Positions 56,750 to 64,000 of a DNA stretch of 64,000 nucleotides are shown one piece after another. The stretch comes from Octopus sinensis (taxonomy: Eukaryota), in assembly GCF_006345805.1 (NCBI RefSeq), contig NC_043007.1:23994001-24058000 (forward strand), read 5' to 3'. Position 1 is the first letter of the stretch. Each line of letters opens with the position of its first letter. The translations under genes and the position numbers were made by a program. The notes under the pieces are model-generated. The model did not search any database. It was not told the DNA's origin and saw only the letters and a program-made list of their open reading frames with translations.

Positions 56750-57884
56750 TAGGAAACACACCCGTTCCATGGACGGTTAAGTTATTTTGGTGGTATTCTT
56801 TTACCAAATAATTGAACAACAGAGAAGGTTTATGAGTAACACGGCAATCTATGCTTCTGATTAACTCAGGAATGGAAAATCAAATTGAAGGCTGGTTATT
56901 GTTGACGTCGTTGCACTTTAATGATCATAGAACATATAAGTTTGCAAGCGATGCAAAGTAGAGCTACTGAAGTGTTTTGGGAGTAGATTACTGATAGTAA
57001 TTACAAAATATAGTTGTTTTACATAGAAGCGAAATTTCTTGTCAGAAACAGCCACATAAATGGTGTAATGAAATTGAAGGAAGACGTTGAAACTTCCCCT
57101 CTGCGAGTTTTTTTTTTTCAACAGCAAAGGGAGCTATTTTTTCACAGAGATAAGCTAACAAAAGCTCCTTTATTCTGTCTTCCCACATAGCCTGCGTATA
57201 AAATAACAACCAATGCTACATAAGGTTAAATTGGTATGGAGCTTCTGAAAGATACGTATAGCTTTCGGGAGTGGAAGCAGAACTCTTATTTAAAGGTTGA
57301 TTCTTTGGGACGAATCATATGAGATTGTTTTTTAAAAAAAGGCTAGAACGGCAATGCTAAAATGTATTTGAAAGAATGGACAACAGTGGAAATATCATAA
57401 TGAATGGGAAATAAGCATCCTTAAAGTGAGACAACGGTATCAAAGGTAACCAAAGGTATCAACAAATAGGAAGGAAGGGAACATCACCTTTCAAGTAACT
57501 CAGAACAGATTAAGAGGTAAGCTTGCCAAAGTTTAATGCAGTTAAAATATGTAGATTAAGATAGTTTGGTTTTGGATATTCATCGCGTACAGTGTTCCTA
57601 GTCAATTGAATCACCGTCGTAGGTGGATAGCGGAAATAAATAGACAAAATCCTTTCACTTTTCTAAAAAGATTTAAAAAGTATGGAAGACCCTACATACA
57701 AAAACTATGTCCATTTAGGTCCATTTACGTGGGAGCTCTGGGCAAAATGTTATAGTGCACAACCATCATTGGGACATAAGTAACATATGCGTAAAGTTTG
57801 GCGAAAATCGATTGTGAATTGTGGAAGTGCATGCGTTGCGTTAGTCATTTACACACATACTATAATTTATATATACTAGATAGA
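56749..57884 (-). mobile_element. Non-autonomous Helitron (1136 bp)
   Basis: On the - strand: A|TCtatctagtatatataaa 5' end, hairpin ccgtccatggaacgg 11 nt before CTAG|T. Confidence 0.75.
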
Positions 57885-57917
57885 TGTATGTATATGTATA
57901 TCAGTCGCCATGATAGA

Positions 57918-58090
57918 TCGTTAGCCACTACACACATTTTTCTCTCTCCCTTTTTCTCTCCTTGTTTTTTCTGTGTCCCTTTCTGTAGAAGAGCGTAGGC
58001 TCGAAACGTAAAAGACTTTTTCTATTCCTGAGCGTTATACTAATACATCTGTTTGTTTTGTACACCACCTGTCTTCGTCTTTTGTTTTTT
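57918..58090 (+). mobile_element. Penelope pseudo-LTR-like repeat
   Basis: Contains the gaagagcgtaggctcgaaacgt hammerhead-like motif. Same strand as the nearby PLE RT fragment. Confidence 0.55.
57975..58016 (+). ncRNA. Degenerate minimal type I hammerhead-like motif in a Penelope pseudo-LTR-like repeat
   Basis: GUC(CC)UUU-CUGUAGA-A-GAGC GUAG GCUC-GAA-ACGU-A-AAAGAC. Core position A6 is U. Confidence 0.45.
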
Positions 58091-60175
58091 TTCGTAAACT
58101 CTCCCTATATATATATGTATATATATATACACACACACACACATATACATACATACATACATACATACATACATACATACATACATACATACATACATAC
58201 ATACATACTTATACATATACATACACACTCACACACACACAAATCAAAGAAATATTTTCCCTGCCCGCACACCGAAAACTGCTATTTTTTTAAAAACAAA
58301 ATCTTAGCGATCGACCGTTAGAGACAAACAATTATATGGATTACATCATTAGTTTCAGGTACATCTCGATTACTGTAATGGCAAAACACACAAATTATTC
58401 CAGAAACAACCAGTTTGGGAGAACAAGATTGTTAGTCTATGTGTGTTGTCTTGTTTCTGTCAGGACATGTTTTTGCTCCATCAATTTGACAGCAGCTTTC
58501 AGGATTTAATCTCCAGTATGTGTTTCGAAACAAGACTAGTTACAATGTCACACAGTCGCTAGCTGACACACACACACACACACACACACACAACACACAC
58601 ACACACACACACACACACATGCACACGCGCATACACACACATACACACGCATATATATAAAGGAATGTTAGTGCTAAGTATGCCTTTTGGTAGGTGAAAT
58701 ATGTCACAAACATATTTCAACAAACCTAAATTTTGCTTATATATATATACATACATGCATATACATGTGTGTGTGCGTATGACAAACGAAATATACACTG
58801 CCGACAGTTGTTGTTAACAAACAACGGCAGTAATTTTATTCAGCTGAATACACGTCACTGATTGGTTGAAATTACCGAAATACGAGAACTTTAACGTGAA
58901 ATAACTTCCTAAATATAAGCTTTCCTCAAAGGTGCCAAGAGTAAAAGATATCTTATATGACACATTCTACCACTGTCCGAAGTTTGAAAGCGTTTAGTTA
59001 CCAAAAAAAAATATTTTTTAAATCTGTCGGTAAAGATCCGACGTCGTTACTTGTTACTTTTGAAGTCTTCTTTAAACAATCAGATGTCGGTTTACCCGGA
59101 AAGAAATAATGCAGTTAATAAGAAGAATTAGAACTAATGCATGCAAGATTTCACAGCCTTAGTATTATCCTTTCATAGTCAGCCTGCGAACTTCTCAGCC
59201 AACCCATATGTTGCCTAGGTTAACTTGGCCTTTCATCTTTTCAAGGCCAATAAATAAAATTACTAGTCAAATGTTGAAGTCGATTTAACGAGCAGCGCCT
59301 TCCCCTATGTTAAAAATCAGTATTGCTCTATCTGCAAGAAATCAATGAGAGATGGTCGTCTGATCAACTAGAAGTAGCAGTTAAATATCGCTCAATTCAC
59401 AGCCTGTGTGTTTGCAAAATTACTGGGAAACGGCCGAACGGATTTTCTCCAAATTTGGCAGAAATACTCATTGGGTGAGTGACCCGAAATGATGAAAATT
59501 TGGTTTGATTATCTTCAAGCATACATATATATATACATTGATATGCGACTGCGTGTGCGTGTGTGTGTGTGTGTTTAAAAAATAAAAAAAAAGGAAATAG
59601 CACATTTAAAAATGTAATCTGATATAAAAGATATCTAAAAAGATGGGATGATCACGGCTTAACCCTTTTCTTTTGATCTAAAGTCTGCTCAAGCACAGTT
59701 GACTTGGGGTTAAGCAACAATCTAATGAACTTAAGGTCATACAAAAAAGCAAAAAAAAAAATGGTTTTGCTAGAAAATTTACAAAATATGGAATTTTTTT
59801 TTTTACTGTACAGTGTCTTGCACTAGTTGAACCAAATTATGTTGACTTTTTAAATATATTCAGCAGGAAATACTTCAGTCCTAATACGTTAATTATACTC
59901 TACAAAAATTGAAGTACTGCTTACTAATGTAAACAATAGAGTATTGTTGCCATTTCCAGAATGGTAGGAAAAAGAAATGTCACGAAAATAGTATCACAGA
60001 ACAAAAGTAACGGAGAAAAAGAAAAAAAGCAAAAAAAAAAAAAAAAAATGGCCAGCGAAATGTCATAGAAAAAATCACGAAACAAAAAAAAAAAGAAAAG
60101 CTACAAAAAAAAATAATAGAACAAATATAGCAGGAAACTTTTGTTCGAATTGCACTGGTTTTTCGATTTTCTCAC

Positions 60176-60236
60176 TGATTTTAACATCCTTAGCCGATAT
60201 AAATAGCAAATGTTATGTACGCATGCACACATACTC
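60176..60236 (-). CDS. Candidate upstream exon of the - strand gene (SMCACVHNICYLYRLRMLKS)
   Basis: Acceptor tctttccctgcacag, donor |gtgaga. 61 nt, ends in phase 0. Confidence 0.3.
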
Positions 60237-60404
60237 CTGTGCAGGGAAAGATATACGTCCATTATGCAGAATTTCATAGACACGTAACACAGACTTTACC
60301 ATTGAGATCAGTGACTCTCAACCATTGTTTACTCAAAGACCGTTTTGGTTTCTATTTCATTCTGGTGGACCTTTCATAGTCATCCTATGTTTAAAAAATC
60401 CTTT

Positions 60405-60856
60405 GGATCTTTTCGGTTTGAACGGCAGTTTGTAAAAATAATTTCCACGTAACTAAACACTTTTAAACTTCGTATACTGGTAGAATGTGTTTATAAAACA
60501 TCTTTTTCTCTTGGCTTTATTGAGAAAATTCTATAGTTTGTTGTTTTCTTCTTCAATTTCTGCAATTTCAACCAATCAATGACGTCTATTGAGGTGAAAA
60601 CATTCTGTACTGTATGAATATGTCCCTCGTTTAAGAAACAGATTGGGTATATTTACATTTGTGAAGAAAAAAATATACCCTTCCCCCCACCCCTAACCTT
60701 AACCCTAACTAACCTAACCCTAACTAACCCTAACCCTAACTAACCCTAACCCTAAAACAGATTGAAATGCAATAGATCGATACTAAGGTCATAATTATGG
60801 GTGACAATTTCATATGACACCGCTAGAAAAAACTGCCGTTCAAACCGAAACGATCC
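60405..60856. mobile_element. TIR MITE with internal telomere-like repeats (superfamily uncertain); diverged partial copy at 58795-59039
   Basis: 27-bp TIRs ggatcttttcggtttgaacggcagttt / aaactgccgttcaaaccgaaacgatcc. Confidence 0.85.
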
Positions 60857-60956
60857 AATCTTTTTACATTTTAATAATTAAATATTATTAGAAATTGCGT
60901 AAAAAAACTTGTTAAAATATTTTGTGCATTGTAGAAAGATAACCAATTTGTTGTAA

Positions 60957-61522
60957 TTGGGTTGTCCGGAAAGTTCGTGCCGATTTATAGTAGCTTACCT
61001 TTCGACTTATTTTAAAACATGGTTGAGTCCATAAAATACGATTTGACTACACCTCCATTAACAGCACAGTTTAAACTATCTTTTCGTGGAAGAAGGTTTA
61101 TATTCCTATAACCTGTGTTAATTCTGTAACCCTTTAAAATGGAAGATAAGAAAGTTCATTTTTGGCACTTGATGCTTTGGGAACCAGACAAAAATTGGTG
61201 CAGCTCGGCTAGGATGCGTTACCCCACCCTCCATATTCACCAGATATTGCTCATTCGGATTTCTACTTATTCAGGTCTCTGCAGAATAGTCATAATGGTA
61301 AAAATTTCAATTCCTTGGATGACGTAAAAAGATATCTTGATGAATTCTTTGCCATGAAACCACCTCAATTCTGGGAAGAGATTATTATCAAGTTAAAGGC
61401 AAGATGGAGACGCATTGTGCAACAAAATGGTTCATATTTGGTTGATTAAAAATGTAATGGCAAGTATTTATTGACCTTTATCTTTCCTTTTAAAATCGGC
61501 ACGAACTTTCCGGACAACCCAA
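60957..61522 (+). mobile_element. Internally deleted mariner (566 bp)
   Basis: TIRs ttgggttgtccggaaagttcgtgccgattt / aaatcggcacgaactttccggacaacccaa, TA at right. HPPYSPDIAHSDF and RWRRIVQQNGSY remnants. Confidence 0.9.
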
Positions 61523-62224
61523 TATATAAATTTTAACAAGATCTTATATAGACCCTCTCACCACCACCACCAAGAGTCAAATTGACCCCGGTTGAGGACC
61601 AGTGGTTTATTTGTTCGCTATGAGTGAAGTTTCATCCAGATGTGACTTGATAGACAATTTCTAATTGGTCGTTGGCAAACTCGGTTGCCATTGGTCGAAG
61701 TAGGTCAAATACTGGAAACCGTTACAGACTATTGACAATGGTCACTAACTATACAGCACTATTACGGGGTGTATGGGGAAATGAGGGCGCTACTAGCCTG
61801 TAAGGAAAGTAACAAGGCCAAAGTTAACTTTTAATAGCAAGAGAGTCTACACATCATTTTCCTCTGTCTTGAAGTCATTGACGGACATAATTTTCCAAAT
61901 CTATCGGTAAAATGGCTCAGGCGAAACACTCATATGCAGTGACGGAAATGAGTGTTCGGAACTGGAGTTACTCTAAGATCAAAGATACTGCGGTTGGGAA
62001 GGGGGTGGGGCCATACTATAGTTCCCCCTGTTCTGTGAGCCAAAAAGTAAGGGGCGCCACTTCTATGCGTACCTCTCCCATTTCTGTTACTTCTCGTCTG
62101 TTAACTGCAATTAGAAATCATTTGGGGTTTTCGGTTGTGTGATGCCAATGGTTACTTTAGGACATGCAGTTTCTCCGCACAGGTAGGGTCTTGTTTTATG
62201 CAATGGACAATCTTTAGAGTACGG

Positions 62225-62530
62225 GGAGGCTCTATCCATTAATCCATCTTCTTTGCCCACCATTCCGGAGAAGGTAGCTAGGGTAGGGTCATAAGGTGCC
62301 TCATCCATAGGGTCCTATTAGAAGCAACCGTCATTACACTTTCCAATTAGATACCCAACCCTAACCAACTGAAGACAATGGATATTATCCATCCATCTCG
62401 TTCTTGATCTACCTATTGGACCTTTGCCGGTTGGTTCGGCATGAAGGCTCCATCTTGCGATTCTTTCATGCACCTTTCCTATCATATGTCAGTGGGACCA
62501 GAGCTATGGCCTCCTGGTGTTGATAAGTGG
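62225..62530 (-). mobile_element. RTE LINE 3' end
   Basis: ERIARW..AEPTGKGPIGRSRTRWMDNIH with GATG-type tail. Homologous to the 39560 copy. Confidence 0.7.
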
Positions 62531-63079
62531 CGGCTCAACCTGGAGACACTCCCTATCGTCTCCGAACGTCTGTTATCCTTTATCTTTTCTATGTTTCAGT
62601 CATTAGACTGCGGTCATGGTGGAGCACAACGTCAAGGAATTTTAGTGGAACGAATCATCTCCAGAACTAATTTTTAAAGCCTGGTGCTTCTTTTATCTGT
62701 CTCTTCAGCCGAACCGCTAATGTTACAGGGACGTAAACACAACAACGCCGGTTGTCACGCGGTGAGAAAGGGACAAATGCAGCACAAAGACACACATACA
62801 CCCCCACATATATAATTAATTTAAAAAAAAAAAACGGAGAAAAAAAGACAACAGGAAAACCTTGGAGCCCTAGTAATCCGTTACAGCACTTATCTAGCGA
62901 ACTAAACTCCCATACTTGTATGTATAAGTGTATGTATTTATTGACAGAAGGCTACAGTATACATAGATTAGAATTTGGCCCTTAGGCCTGTGAGAACCCT
63001 CAGATAACTACCCAGTGTGCCTTTGCCTTTTGAAGACACTACTTAGTTTGTCCTTAACTACTTTTAATGTACACACTGT

Positions 63080-63480
63080 AAAGGCGGCGAGCTGGCAGAA
63101 TCGATAACACGCCGGGCGAAATGCTTGGCGGTATTTCGTCTGCCGTTACGTTCTGAGTTCAAATTCCGCCGAGGTCGACTTTGCCTTTCATCCTTTCGGG
63201 GTCGGTAAATTAAGTGCCAGTTACGCACTGGGGTCGATGTAATCGACTTAATCCCTTTGTCTGTCCTTGTTTGTCCCCTCTATGTTTAGCCCCTTGTGGG
63301 CAATAAAGAAATAAGAATCGTTAGCACGCGGGGCAAAATGCTTAGCAGCATTTCGTCGGTCGTTGTGCTCTGAGTTCAAATTCCACCGGGATTGATAAAA
63401 TAAGTACCCAGTTGGGTCGATGTAATCGACTCCCCGCAACGTCCCTCGAAATTGCTGGCCTTGTGCCAAAATTTGAAACC
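63080..63480 (+). mobile_element. Long-tail SINE A nested in a short-tail SINE A
   Basis: agaatcg(a/t)ta(a/g)cacg repeated at 63097 and 63314. Second tail is gctggccttgtgccaaaatttgaaac. Confidence 0.8.
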
Positions 63481-64000
63481 AATACACGCACACGTACACA
63501 CACACAAATACACGCGTGCGCATATCCTCTTAAGCTAATGCATCAAAGTTCTTGCTCATTATCTCCCTTGACTAAAAAAAATATCTTCTGACAAATATCT
63601 CTCTGTTCTCTGTTTCTACTACTCTCCACCACCTGATTATTTTTGCTGTTTATTCATACTTTTTGTTTCAAAAACCCTTTGGTTAATTTCAACAGAGTTT
63701 GCTTTGAACTCTATAGCAATGGCAATCATTTGAATCAACCCACCTGTTCCTTTCCTGACCATGTCTTTCTTTAAAATGTTCGGGCAGGTCATCAGTTACG
63801 TGAGTCTTGCTATAGTCTTGGAGGAAGGTCTTACCAAGGTCATAAACACCGCCTCATTCCCATATCATTTATTAATTAAAGAAATAAAAGAAAAAATGAC
63901 ACATTTTGAAATGTCCCACTTAAAAGTCATTTGAACAATGCCAGGCTCATCGTATTTGAATTCAGAAATCGGTCATGCATGTGTGTGTGCGTGTGTGTGC

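Larger units (their letters stand above)
60309..61604. mobile_element. hAT-type MITE hosting two nested insertions
   Basis: Ends cagtgactctcaacc / ggttgaggaccagtg, subterminal gacc(c) motifs. About 280 bp once the inserts are removed. Confidence 0.55.

Noticed and set aside
60695-60756. True telomere or chromosome-fusion scar
   Set aside because: Short, interrupted, single orientation, and enclosed by MITE TIRs.

Overview
Eukaryotic, AT-rich genomic DNA full of microsatellites and SINEs. The repeat families look like those of Octopus (cephalopod); this is inferred from recalled repeat sequences, not from a search. Left half: seven clear + strand coding exons (9742-31267) of an inositol-1,4,5-trisphosphate 3-kinase (ITPKA/B/C family), a candidate upstream exon at 5988-6101, and a possibly long 3' UTR running to about 38040. 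Right half: a CpG-richer, transposon-dense region with at least two well-formed exons of an unidentified - strand gene. Mobile elements include several tRNA-derived SINE families, RTE, CR1, R4-like and Penelope retroelement fragments, mariner/Tc1 and hAT relics and MITEs, and two non-autonomous Helitrons with canonical ends. The most notable observations are: (1) a type I hammerhead ribozyme with an intact core, a palindromic dimer-type stem III and an unusually long stem II (51042-51177), plus a degenerate second one; (2) a SINE whose target-site duplications start with GGTA and which appears to insert into itself; (3) a 142-bp near-perfect hairpin; (4) a stand-alone tRNA-like Pol III unit; (5) a CpG-decay boundary that tracks the kinase gene body. 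No CRISPR, rRNA or bona fide tRNA genes were found.
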